NCBI GenBank assembly: GCA_019057375.1 | Contig: DXJF01000148.1 | Location: 1 to 64,000, forward strand | Source: Candidatus Heimdallarchaeota archaeon | GTDB lineage: Archaea > Asgardarchaeota > Heimdallarchaeia > Heimdallarchaeales > Heimdallarchaeaceae | DNA length: 64,000 nt | Reading direction: 5' to 3' | In this document: positions 20,821 through 30,483 of the stretch, one piece after another | Position numbering within the stretch: position 1 is the first letter of the stretch | How the letters are laid out: each line of letters opens with the position of its first letter | Notes under the pieces: model-generated | The model's database searches: none | The model's input: the letters and a program-made list of their open reading frames with translations, nothing else | Told to the model about the DNA's origin: nothing | Made by a program: the position numbers and the translations under genes

Positions 20821-21219
20821 CTTCTTTCCTCGTGATTATAAACTATCAAGAGTACCGATGGTTACCCTAATGATTCTATACTCCTACTTTATTCAAAAAC
20901 TTTTTGCGATATAAATACTTGCAAATTGGCCATCAGCTTCGAGAAAAATAGAAGTGGTAAAATTCTTGTTTTTAGACTTTGGGAAAGAAATTTACATATT
21001 TAGTTTAAATATATACATGACCCAAATAGGTTTTTTGTGTTAATATATGATTTTGTATATAATATTAATGAAGTAAGATATTCCTAAAAGTTTGAAATAA
21101 ATCTGAAAAAAAACAATCTAATGTTAATGAATAAGCTATAAATTCAATCAATGAAGATGAAGCAAAATCAACAAAACAAATTGTGAAGGAATGTCATACA
21201 TTCATTCAAATACAACTCA

Positions 21220-21257
21220 CATTTATCGATAAATGGTGAACATTTCTCAATTGAGAA
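21220..21257. promoter_or_regulatory. Two perfect palindromes upstream of thyX (candidate operators)
   Basis: CATTTATCGATAAATG (21220-21235) and TTCTCAATTGAGAA (21244-21257). Confidence 0.35.
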
Positions 21258-21272
21258 TATTGTTATTCGGAC

Positions 21273-21971
21273 GTGATATCAATTCAAGTAAAACTGATCT
21301 CCTACCCAAAGGAAACTGATTTAATCGCTAAAATGGCTGCGGCAATATGCTATTCAGGTGGTCATGATTATGAGGAAATAAGAAAAGATGCTGAGAGTAA
21401 ACCTGCAGAATATCTTAGTACAATAGTTAAGAATGGTCATTTATCTATTCTCGAGCATAATGTCTATGTTTTCTATATTTCCGGTTTAAGTAGAGTAGCA
21501 AGTCATCAACTAGTCAGAAAGCGTATTGCCAGTTATTCCCAGCAATCACAAAGATATGTTGATGCAAAAAATTTCAGAGCTGTTATTCCTGATACAATTA
21601 AAGAATCACAATTCCTAGAACTGTACAACAAGAAACTTGAAGATTGTAGCAATTTGTATCAACAGATGGTAGATGGGGGTATTCCGAAAGAAGACGCAAG
21701 ATTCATCTTACCAGGTGCAACAACAACTCAGTTGATGGTTTCCATGAATGCACATGCTTTAGTCGACTTTTTTGTTCAGAGATTATGTGTACGTAGCCAG
21801 TGGGAGATCAGACAACTAGCTGTTGCAATGTTGGAAGAAGCTCAGAAAGTTTCTCCTTTAATATTCAAGGATTTAGGTGCATACTGTGATTTTTACGGCT
21901 ATTGTCCAGAAAATGATAAATCATGTGGAAGAATTAAAACTCTGAAAGAACTACTAAATAACGATAAGTGA
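21273..21971 (+). CDS. thyX: Flavin-dependent thymidylate synthase
   Basis: GHLSILEH, ISGLSRVASHQLVRKRIASYSQQSQRY, GIPKEDARFILP, RLCVRSQWEIR. Confidence 0.93.
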   Translation: MISIQVKLISYPKETDLIAKMAAAICYSGGHDYEEIRKDAESKPAEYLSTIVKNGHLSILEHNVYVFYISGLSRVASHQLVRKRIASYSQQSQRYVDAKNFRAVIPDTIKESQFLELYNKKLEDCSNLYQQMVDGGIPKEDARFILPGATTTQLMVSMNAHALVDFFVQRLCVRSQWEIRQLAVAMLEEAQKVSPLIFKDLGAYCDFYGYCPENDKSCGRIKTLKELLNNDK

Positions 21972-22029
21972 GCATTCATATTTTACTCCCTTAACTTATG
22001 ATTATTTAATATACAATAATACGAAGCAG

Positions 22030-22836
22030 CTATTCAATAAATTCAGATATTTCATCGTCGTTTTTTATTGATACTGGAGTTTCATCCTTAATTTTTGGCA
22101 AAATTGCATTCATTCTTGTGAGTATGATCGTGTAGAGGATTGTTACAACAATAAGTGAAGGACGAATTATGAATTCAGCTATAGTATTTGGGGGGATTAT
22201 GAAATAAATTATCATTGAATATAAAACTGCAAACAGAACTAGTATCAGTATTGAAATTAGTGGCCAGAACATCTTTTTGATAAGTATCCACCACTTCTGA
22301 AGCACATCAAGCTCTTTAACTGGTTCGCGTTCAAAATCAGTTAAGATCAAATTATCTTCATAGTGTTTCACTTGATCCTTTGCGTAATCTCCAGTTGGTA
22401 AAATGTAAAATCTTTCTTGAGAATAGAATTCCAGAAAGAACATAGATAGGAGCAATCTCAAGGCTATGCAGATCCCTGCAGATACTTGGTAAAGTATGAT
22501 GTCAATTCTGCCAAGTGTATCTGGGAAAAACATGGAGTTTACATTTGCAAGTAATAGAGACAATGCTGTACCCAAAATAAAGAAAATTCCGAAACTTAAT
22601 TCATTTTTGAGATTCAAATCTCCACCTCTAAATAAATCAATCATCAGGTTGATAATGCCTATTATTAGCCAGATTGTAAAAACATATACATTCAAACTTA
22701 TAGCTGACTGTAAAATTATTATTGCTATTGCTATCACCCCCAATAGATGATGACAAAAAACCATAATCTGAGAACCAGTAGCTGTTTTCTTGGTTTTTTT
22801 CCAATCAGCCTCAAAGACTTTATCTCTTATTCTCAT
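22030..22836 (-). CDS. Membrane protein, last gene of MoxR operon 2
   Basis: About 6 hydrophobic segments; starts 1 bp after the DUF58 stop. Confidence 0.75.
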   Translation of the reverse strand: MRIRDKVFEADWKKTKKTATGSQIMVFCHHLLGVIAIAIIILQSAISLNVYVFTIWLIIGIINLMIDLFRGGDLNLKNELSFGIFFILGTALSLLLANVNSMFFPDTLGRIDIILYQVSAGICIALRLLLSMFFLEFYSQERFYILPTGDYAKDQVKHYEDNLILTDFEREPVKELDVLQKWWILIKKMFWPLISILILVLFAVLYSMIIYFIIPPNTIAEFIIRPSLIVVTILYTIILTRMNAILPKIKDETPVSIKNDDEISEFIE

Positions 22837-22837
22837 T

Positions 22838-24229
22838 TTATCGCCCTAATGCTTCTTGTACTAATCTATGTGATGGGGAATATTTATTCATCAACCTGTA
22901 AAGTGACAAAATTATGTTATCTTCATATCCATTAATCTCCACATAATCACCACCAACTGAATATAGAATTCTTCTAATTTCAGCTTCTCTATTCATATAT
23001 TCATCTCTCACTAAACTAGGAAAGACATTATCAATGATTTCTCTATATTCAATATTCTGAGCTTCATTAGCTATCCATTCAGATGAGGCAAGGATATTGA
23101 AATCCATAGTAGAAAAATTAACGAATATTACTCTGCTCCCCATAGAATTAAGCAAATGTAACCCTTGAAGCTTCTTTTTTAAATCACCTTCCAAATCAGA
23201 AAATATTATAGCTATTGAATGATTCAATTGATTGTTTCTGGTAAATTTCACAGCATTGATGAAGTTACTTTCAACCCCAAGAGGCTCAATGTCAAATAAA
23301 TTCAACATTAATCTCAATTCATTTTTCCCAACTTGGGGAACAATGAATCTACTAACATTGTCCCCATATGCAATCACTGCCAAATCATGACTTGTCCCTC
23401 TGATGAGTGAGGAAACTTCAACAGAAGAAGATAAAGAGTGTTCAAATTTAGGACCAAACATAGTACTTCCTAAATCAAGGTATATTAGGAAGTGAAGATT
23501 TCTTTCATCTTCATATTCTCTGGTAATCAATTTGTCATGTCTTGCAGTAGCAAACCAGTCTATGTGTTTTACTTCATCCCCTGGGAGGTAATCACGAAGT
23601 GAAAAGAATTCATCGCCACGACCCCTAACCCTTTGAGCAAATTCATGAACCATTTTAAGAAGAAGTTCTTTCTTGGTTTTCCATGGAATATTGATACGTG
23701 GTCTTTGGGGAAGCACCTTTATTGTTGTAATTTCTCTCAGAATTCTTAGATTTTTGAACAGCTGTTGATGAGGTCCCACAGCTATTTCTATTGGTCCAAT
23801 TTCTGCATTTCCTCTTCGAACTGCTAATAATATCCACACGATTTTCTGTGTTTGATCGGATTCTAATTTTAGATATAATTGATCTGGTAGGTTGATACTT
23901 TGGAGGTGATATGAAAATCGTAAAGTGGTTTTAATCCTAATTGTTTTTTTCGAACAATTGGTCAGATTCACTGCAACAGCAAGTAAACCCCTACTCCTTA
24001 GATACTCTTTTGATATTCTCATATCAACATCAAAAGAAACATCTTGTGTTGTTAGGTAGTGAACAAATGCAGAAGCTATTACTAACCAGAAAAGAAAACC
24101 TGGAATAATTAAGAGATAGTTATCAATAGATAAACCTAGAACTATAGATAAACTTCCCAAAAGGATGAATATTCGTCCATTCTTTGTTAGTTCAAAGATT
24201 TTTTCCTCTTCCATAGTTAAATTCCTCAT
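22838..24229 (-). CDS. DUF58 domain protein (copy 2)
   Basis: GDEFFSLRDYLPGDEVKHIDWFATARHDKLITREYEDE; MIDAS position reads YLDLGSTM. Confidence 0.88.
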   Translation of the reverse strand: MRNLTMEEEKIFELTKNGRIFILLGSLSIVLGLSIDNYLLIIPGFLFWLVIASAFVHYLTTQDVSFDVDMRISKEYLRSRGLLAVAVNLTNCSKKTIRIKTTLRFSYHLQSINLPDQLYLKLESDQTQKIVWILLAVRRGNAEIGPIEIAVGPHQQLFKNLRILREITTIKVLPQRPRINIPWKTKKELLLKMVHEFAQRVRGRGDEFFSLRDYLPGDEVKHIDWFATARHDKLITREYEDERNLHFLIYLDLGSTMFGPKFEHSLSSSVEVSSLIRGTSHDLAVIAYGDNVSRFIVPQVGKNELRLMLNLFDIEPLGVESNFINAVKFTRNNQLNHSIAIIFSDLEGDLKKKLQGLHLLNSMGSRVIFVNFSTMDFNILASSEWIANEAQNIEYREIIDNVFPSLVRDEYMNREAEIRRILYSVGGDYVEINGYEDNIILSLYRLMNKYSPSHRLVQEALGR

Positions 24230-24236
24230 GCTTAGG

Positions 24237-25181
24237 TTAAATTACAACTTCAACTTCTGACAGAATATTTTGGATAATTTCTGATACCCTGATTTGTTCA
24301 ATTTCAGCCTCAGGAGACAAGATTAATCTATGATTCATGACTGGAAAGAAAATAGATTTGATATCATCTGGTTCTACAAAATCTCTTCCTCTTATTGCAG
24401 CAATTGATCTACTTAATGTTAATAGAGCTATAGAACCTCTAGGGCTTGCGCCCAATGCTAGAGATGGTACAGATCTTGTAGCAACAACAAGTTTTGCTAT
24501 ATATTCGATTATCTGATTGCTCAAAATAACGCTACTTTCTATCTCATTTGATAATTTTTGTAAAGTATCCTTTTTTGTAACAGTGTTTACATCAGCAAAC
24601 ATTTCCTCTTTCTTTTTCAGCAGCATAGATATTTCTCCTTGCAAAGAGGGAGGATAAACGGGTATTTTTACAAGGAATCGGTCTATCTGAGCTTCTGGTA
24701 GAGGATAGACTCCGGTACTTTCAATTGGATTTTGGGTTGCTATCACCATAAAAGGTTCTGGAAGTTTGTAAGTTTTTTTTCCGGAAGAAACTTGCTTCTC
24801 TTGCATAGCTTCCAGAAGCGCAGATTGTGTCTTTGGAGGACTTCTGTTAATTTCATCAGTTAGAAGAATATTGGTAAAAACTGGTCCTTCAATGAAATTG
24901 AAAGAGCTAGTTTCTCTTTCATAAATATTTCCACCAGTAATATCTGCAGGCATCAAATCGCTTGTAAATTGAATTCGTTTAAATTCTACTTTAATTACTT
25001 CTGCTAGAGTGCTTGCCATCAAAGTTTTAGCTATTCCTGGTACACCTTCTAGAAGAACATTTCCTCCACTTAGTAGTGAAGCAAACATAAGTTCAATGAC
25101 ATTTTCATTTCCAACAATCCTTTTCTTCATTTCGTCCATAATTTTACTGAAAATTTCTTTCGTTTCTTGTATTTGTGTCAT
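24237..25181 (-). CDS. moxR: MoxR family AAA+ ATPase (copy 2)
   Basis: LLEGVPGIAKT, RIQFTSDLMPAD, LLTDEINRSPPKTQSALLEAMQE, ATQNPIE..GVYPLPEAQIDRF. Confidence 0.95.
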   Translation of the reverse strand: MTQIQETKEIFSKIMDEMKKRIVGNENVIELMFASLLSGGNVLLEGVPGIAKTLMASTLAEVIKVEFKRIQFTSDLMPADITGGNIYERETSSFNFIEGPVFTNILLTDEINRSPPKTQSALLEAMQEKQVSSGKKTYKLPEPFMVIATQNPIESTGVYPLPEAQIDRFLVKIPVYPPSLQGEISMLLKKKEEMFADVNTVTKKDTLQKLSNEIESSVILSNQIIEYIAKLVVATRSVPSLALGASPRGSIALLTLSRSIAAIRGRDFVEPDDIKSIFFPVMNHRLILSPEAEIEQIRVSEIIQNILSEVEVVI

Positions 25182-26464
25182 TCATATCGCCTTCTTTTTT
25201 GTATAGTTTCCAACTTCTTAAACAGAAATAGGAATGTATCGTGATCTAATTTTTTTGTTAGTGCGAGCTCATAAAGCTCTCTCTCTTCCTCTTCGAATAA
25301 ATGAGAAGGAATAAATTTCATCTTCTCAAGAATAAAATAATTATAAGCCTTACTCGGATAAAGTTCATGTTGAAAATATAAATAGGAAAGAACTTTTTCC
25401 TCAACTGTTGGATTAATGGGGGATCCAAAGGTATCAAATAGCTCTCTCCGTCTACTCCAGATTTTTTTTGAGATAAATTTCTTATAGGATTCCTTTGTTT
25501 TATATACATCTTTAATTCTTGGAGTTAAATAATAAAAAATCAACATCAGAAGAACTGCTATAAAGATGAAATATCTAGTTTTTGACAACAAAATCACAGT
25601 TCCATATGTTTGGTTAACTATACCCTCTGTAGAAGCGAAGGGCCATCTTTTATGGCTTTCTTCAAAACAAACTAAAGATTCCAAACCCCCAGAATATGCT
25701 CCAATAAGATTTATTGCAAGATTAATGTTATCGAATCCTGCGGTGTACAAATCATTAGAAAGGAAACTTACTGCAGAAATTACTACTATCACTCCAGAAC
25801 CTCTACTTATTGCTACAGCTACCTTGTAGCTTCTAGTATCTTCTGAGATTTGATTCCACATCTTGTCTCCATTTCTGTCGATAAAAGTTGTAGGCTCAGT
25901 TGCAATTGATTGAACTTCAACTTGCTGTGAGCTTGTTAAAACATAGAGAATCGCTTTCGCTTGGGCAAAACATAATGTTCCATTAACAGTTGCAGGTGAA
26001 TGAGCAAATAAAAATTCTGGAGTGGGGTAATAATTTTCTGTTTCTAATAGCATAGAAGTAGATATTCCTAAACCTAAATATTTTGCAAGATCATAGGAAG
26101 AACCTGACCCCACGAGAAGAAGAAGTGTTCCCCCTTGTCCAATAAACGAATCTATAACAACTTTTTCTGCAGATCTATAGTTTTTAGCCCCTCCTGCAAT
26201 TACAAGAATTGAGGAATCAGGCAGTGTCTTTACTGGTTCTGTTGACAAGACAGTTCTAGTGGTATTAAATCCTCTTTCCTGAAGAAGTGAATTAAAAATA
26301 GACATTCCACTTGGCGAGGTGTCATACATTGTATAGGGGGGAGGAGAACTAGTGATATTGATGCTTAAGGGGATTGTAACTATAACAAAAATCAGTAGAG
26401 TCTGAATAACCATTTTAAAGAATGGTGAATATTTATTCGAAAAGAAAGCCTTTGAAAACTTCAT
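25178..26464 (-). CDS. DUF4350-like membrane protein (copy 2)
   Basis: 'SPSGMSIFNSLL', 'FIGQGGTLLLL', 'GSGVIVVISAVSFLSN', 'CFEESH'; same position as the operon 1 gene. Confidence 0.7.
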   Translation of the reverse strand: MKFSKAFFSNKYSPFFKMVIQTLLIFVIVTIPLSINITSSPPPYTMYDTSPSGMSIFNSLLQERGFNTTRTVLSTEPVKTLPDSSILVIAGGAKNYRSAEKVVIDSFIGQGGTLLLLVGSGSSYDLAKYLGLGISTSMLLETENYYPTPEFLFAHSPATVNGTLCFAQAKAILYVLTSSQQVEVQSIATEPTTFIDRNGDKMWNQISEDTRSYKVAVAISRGSGVIVVISAVSFLSNDLYTAGFDNINLAINLIGAYSGGLESLVCFEESHKRWPFASTEGIVNQTYGTVILLSKTRYFIFIAVLLMLIFYYLTPRIKDVYKTKESYKKFISKKIWSRRRELFDTFGSPINPTVEEKVLSYLYFQHELYPSKAYNYFILEKMKFIPSHLFEEEERELYELALTKKLDHDTFLFLFKKLETIQKRRRYE

Positions 26465-27258
26465 TCAACCTCACCTAAGTGTTTTATTTGGGATATCTGA
26501 ATATCGACTTCCTTACCACTCAAATCTTTGATAGTTTTCAATTCCAGAATAAATTGTTCAAGGTCATCATATGTCATTTGAGAAACCCTATATCGTGCTA
26601 CATAGAAAATATCTATTATCCATTTGAAATGGGGAAGGATTTCAGGCAAATCTAGAGATAAGGAAAATTCTTTTGGTGTAAGGTAAGTTTCTCTCTTAAT
26701 TCCAAGAACGATTTGCATATTCTTATCCAATTGATGATATCCAAAGATTATTCCCTCAGCATAATTTCCTTTTCTCAAATAATCTTCTAAAACATCAACT
26801 AAGGTAACAATCTGTGTACTGAATTTTTGTCTTCTTGTAGAAATTGTGGAACTTCTTTGTACTGAACTTGCACTTGTTTGACTCACTTCTTTCCTTCTTC
26901 GAAGGTATAACATGAAAACTAGTATTAAAATCGCAACACCTATACTTATAGGAAGTATACGTGAAGAAATGCTAGGCTTTTCAGTTTGTGTGATTCCACC
27001 ATTTGAGGGAGTAGGAGGAGGATCGGTTGGGTAAGTTGGTCCAGAAGTGGTGGATAAGGGATCTGATGTTGTGTTGAAATACCCTATGTTAGTTGTAGTA
27101 AGCGTACTAATTGGAATATCGTTGATACTTTCATAGCTTTCTTGAGAACTATTTAGCAAGATGAATATAATCAAACAAACTACTAGAAGTAGAATTCTAA
27201 GATTGAAGTACTTACTAATATTTTTAGACATTGTTTTCACCTTCCATGGAATCATCAA
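26461..27258 (-). CDS. DUF4129-like protein with TM helices and a Thr/Pro linker
   Basis: 'NYAEGIIFGY...YLTPKEFS...IFYVARY'. Confidence 0.7.
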   Translation of the reverse strand: MMIPWKVKTMSKNISKYFNLRILLLVVCLIIFILLNSSQESYESINDIPISTLTTTNIGYFNTTSDPLSTTSGPTYPTDPPPTPSNGGITQTEKPSISSRILPISIGVAILILVFMLYLRRRKEVSQTSASSVQRSSTISTRRQKFSTQIVTLVDVLEDYLRKGNYAEGIIFGYHQLDKNMQIVLGIKRETYLTPKEFSLSLDLPEILPHFKWIIDIFYVARYRVSQMTYDDLEQFILELKTIKDLSGKEVDIQISQIKHLGEVE

Positions 27259-28210
27259 TAACTAACTTGCTCTCACTTAAGAATGCATAAATCCTACATA
27301 ACGGCCAGTAATCAGTCAAGCAAATCTGATATTTATGCTCAGCAGTAACATAGCCTAAATAAGCACATTTACCATCAACAAAATACTTACAGTGTTTCTT
27401 CTCTGTTGATTTTAATAAGGTCTCTACTTTTCGATTCATGTAAACCATAGATAATGCGTGATATTGTCTATCAGCAGATTTAGGAGGTTTATCCAGATCA
27501 AAAACTGTTTTTACTGACAGAGGCATTTTTGGTTGTATTAGGTTAGAATAAGTAATTTTCGCTCCTTTCTTAGGGAGAAATATATTAATGAACAATTTAC
27601 CAAATCGAACACCTATTGCTCCACCTAGAGAACCAATAATTAGGAAAGACACTGAAAATATAAAAATGAAACCTAGATACCAAAATCCTGCGAAGACTCC
27701 TGAGATACTAGCTGCTAAAGAACTGAATAAAATCACTTGCGAAAGATGTAATGTAATAAACAGTAAAAATGTTATCAGTGCAGAACTAAGAACTAAATCT
27801 CGCGCTTCTTCTCCCCAAAAAAGTGCACAAATGATTCCAGCTAAAAAGAAAGGCAAAAAAATGGTGAGCACATAATTAGTAATCAGAGAATCTAAGTTTT
27901 GTGAAATGAAAGCGGATAGAAATGGGAGATAAAGAATTTCTTCAGGACTCCAAATAAGTCCATAGAATAATGAAAAATCATCTAAATAATACAATATAAT
28001 GCTTAGAGTAATTGATATGGCATAAGTTATAGCAAGATAAGTTGAGGTTCTTCTTATCAAAACTCCTACATACTCCCGTTTTCCCCTATTCTTTAAGGAG
28101 GGGAAGAATAGCTTATAGAGAAGATATTTGAAATCAAGTTTAAAAGGAGCAGGTCCCTTTTTTCCTGTTTTTGGTGGGGGAGGTTTGTAAGAAGCATTTA
28201 GTCTTTCCAT
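27224..28210 (-). CDS. Multi-pass membrane protein with a C-terminal four-Cys cluster
   Basis: About 5 TMs; C-terminus CKYFVDGKC...C....PLC. Confidence 0.7.
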   Translation of the reverse strand: MERLNASYKPPPPKTGKKGPAPFKLDFKYLLYKLFFPSLKNRGKREYVGVLIRRTSTYLAITYAISITLSIILYYLDDFSLFYGLIWSPEEILYLPFLSAFISQNLDSLITNYVLTIFLPFFLAGIICALFWGEEARDLVLSSALITFLLFITLHLSQVILFSSLAASISGVFAGFWYLGFIFIFSVSFLIIGSLGGAIGVRFGKLFINIFLPKKGAKITYSNLIQPKMPLSVKTVFDLDKPPKSADRQYHALSMVYMNRKVETLLKSTEKKHCKYFVDGKCAYLGYVTAEHKYQICLTDYWPLCRIYAFLSESKLVIDDSMEGENNV

Positions 28211-28218
28211 ATTATCAC

Positions 28219-29934
28219 CTAAATTACTATAAGATTCGTCCCCCTTGCAGCTTTTATGATGAATCTTATGAATAGAACATCAAGTAATAGTATCAAACTA
28301 ATACCAATCAATCCAAAGAAGATTTGATAGACAGATATTATCAAGAAAACGGCAAATATTGACAAGTACATTGTTGTTATTAAAAGAGAAAATGCGACTA
28401 TAGCTGTAATGTTAATAGAAGCTAAAATCGATTTAACTCTGTTCTTTGAAGATCTGTACCAAGCAATGCTAACACTTAGAGCAATTATGACACTCAGGAG
28501 AAATATAGTATTACCCAAAAAATGTAAAGAATCCTCAATTGTACTAAAAATGAAAGCAAAAATAATAATTATACCAACTCCTAAAATCCTAGTAAAACCA
28601 ACAGACAAATTCATGTAAAGAGGTGGGGATGAAGAACCCATTTTTTCATACAATGTTGGGACATCTGAACCACATGCCCAACAATTTCTGCTAAAAGCTG
28701 GAACAACTTGATTGCAATTTTCGCATTGAAGTTTAGGAAAAGACCAACAATTACCACAAAACTGTCCATTGTAAAGAGGGTACTGACATTCAGGACATAG
28801 CATCATTCTTGTTGAGTCGTCAATAAGTCTCCTAACACTTTTCTTCTTCCTAATTTTCTTCTCATATATGGTGGTTTTCCCCTCATATTGCTCACAATCA
28901 TTGATTCTATGTTCGCTATAACAAGTAGGACAAATTTTCGGGACTTTAAATAAAATCCAAATCGCAAAGAAACCAAAGATACCATAAGAAACATAACCCA
29001 TTATCTGAAGAAGTGAAAAAATGAATTTCTCGCTAAAAACTTGGAAATTATAATTCCAGTATGCATGAAACCCAACAGAAACTAACAGAAACATAATAAA
29101 AATTATTCTTGAAGCTAATTTCTTCTTGTTTTTTCTTGATAAGAAGAGATAACCTACCCCGAATGCAAGTAACATAGAAGTTACAGAATGTAAGGGAAAT
29201 ACAGTCCTCGTATTAATTAGGGTATCAATTATTTCTTGATTATTTAATGCTGAAGCGAAATATCCTATTGGAGGATTGCTCAAAATTGAGAAGGACAGGA
29301 ACTGTTCAAACAAATCAAACCATGCACCATAAAATGCCCCTAATAAAACAAAAGTACGATGAGTTGGGATTAAATTAGTTACAATGTTCCTTTTTCCAAC
29401 GTTAATTCTTGCATAGTTTCCAAGAAGAATAAGAAGCGGAAATATCTTAGCAAATTCCTCAATAAGAGGAATTATTGACACATACAATACTGAATTAGCT
29501 AATTCATAAGTAGCTCCTGGCACACCTATTGATGTTAAAATACCTTTAAAAGAAAAAATTAGTAAAGAAGCTTTGTTCTCTATCACAGTAGCAAAGTAAG
29601 CTGTCAGTGAGGCTGTAACTAATAGCAGTGGAAATATTTTCATTATTACAGATTTTTCAATATCAGTACTAGTTATGGAGAAAAGAAAATAAAGACTGGA
29701 AATCCAAACTAGAAAGAATAGAATGATTACAAATATCAGTACAATTGAGAAATAATTTGATTTTACATAATAACTCAGTAAAGAATAAGATAGATACAAT
29801 ATACCAATCAAAATGCCTACTAAAACCAGTTTTCCTACGCTTGAAAGACTGAAGATTCTATTGTATAGTACTCTGCTAGGAACCACTATAGAAGAACTAC
29901 TTTTACTAACGTCCTCCTCTGAAGTTCTCATCAT
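28219..29934 (-). CDS. PrsW-family intramembrane metalloprotease fused to double zinc ribbons
   Basis: PLIEEFAK (EExxK), FDLFEQ, LHS and FHAYWN motifs; then several CxxC pairs (CPTC, CPEC, CGNC, CENC, CWAC) and more TMs. Confidence 0.75.
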   Translation of the reverse strand: MMRTSEEDVSKSSSSIVVPSRVLYNRIFSLSSVGKLVLVGILIGILYLSYSLLSYYVKSNYFSIVLIFVIILFFLVWISSLYFLFSITSTDIEKSVIMKIFPLLLVTASLTAYFATVIENKASLLIFSFKGILTSIGVPGATYELANSVLYVSIIPLIEEFAKIFPLLILLGNYARINVGKRNIVTNLIPTHRTFVLLGAFYGAWFDLFEQFLSFSILSNPPIGYFASALNNQEIIDTLINTRTVFPLHSVTSMLLAFGVGYLFLSRKNKKKLASRIIFIMFLLVSVGFHAYWNYNFQVFSEKFIFSLLQIMGYVSYGIFGFFAIWILFKVPKICPTCYSEHRINDCEQYEGKTTIYEKKIRKKKSVRRLIDDSTRMMLCPECQYPLYNGQFCGNCWSFPKLQCENCNQVVPAFSRNCWACGSDVPTLYEKMGSSSPPLYMNLSVGFTRILGVGIIIIFAFIFSTIEDSLHFLGNTIFLLSVIIALSVSIAWYRSSKNRVKSILASINITAIVAFSLLITTMYLSIFAVFLIISVYQIFFGLIGISLILLLDVLFIRFIIKAARGTNLIVI

Positions 29935-30123
29935 TTTTATTCACCTGAAATATTTTAGTAAATATTGGTGCTTCTCTATTGAGAAATATAAAATTAATAC
30001 ACTTAAATCTATTTTGGGAAAATAAAATACTTAAAAACGTAAAACTTACTTTCAAATAGTAAAAAATCTCGAATAGAGATATTTCGAAAGAGAGTGGTGT
30101 TTGGTTCTTGTAGGATTTCTGAA

Positions 30124-30381
30124 TTATTCGATTAAGGCAGATTCTGTAATGTCTCCAATTGCTTTGAACAACCCAATGAAGAAGACAAATAGACCAACGA
30201 CTAAACCAATAAACCACACATAGGATATGGAAGACGCGTCGAGCGCGATAAATCCTAATTCTGCAATTCCTCCATTAAGTAAAGCTCCAAACGAGATCAA
30301 AGCAATAACTAAAGGTATTAAACCAAGAAAGAAAAACAGAATTGAAACCTTCAATGATTGTAATATGCTTACCATATGCAA
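30124..30381 (-). CDS. Small two-TM membrane protein
   Basis: Two hydrophobic segments; intergenic position not overlapping a real gene. Confidence 0.6.
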   Translation of the reverse strand: MHMVSILQSLKVSILFFFLGLIPLVIALISFGALLNGGIAELGFIALDASSISYVWFIGLVVGLFVFFIGLFKAIGDITESALIE

Positions 30382-30483
30382 AACCTCTGGTTTTTATTTT
30401 TAGGAATCTATGCCTTAAGAATCTTTTAAATGTTTGTTTACTGCCCCCTCAATTTCATGTTTAAACAAACTATAATAAAATAA

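Noticed and set aside
20657-20914. 85-aa hydrophobic plus-strand ORF
   Set aside because: Mostly antisense to the start of the transglutaminase-like gene; no independent support.
29906-30217. 103-aa minus-strand ORF spanning an intergenic region
   Set aside because: Overlaps both neighbouring genes in other frames and crosses AT-rich spacer DNA.
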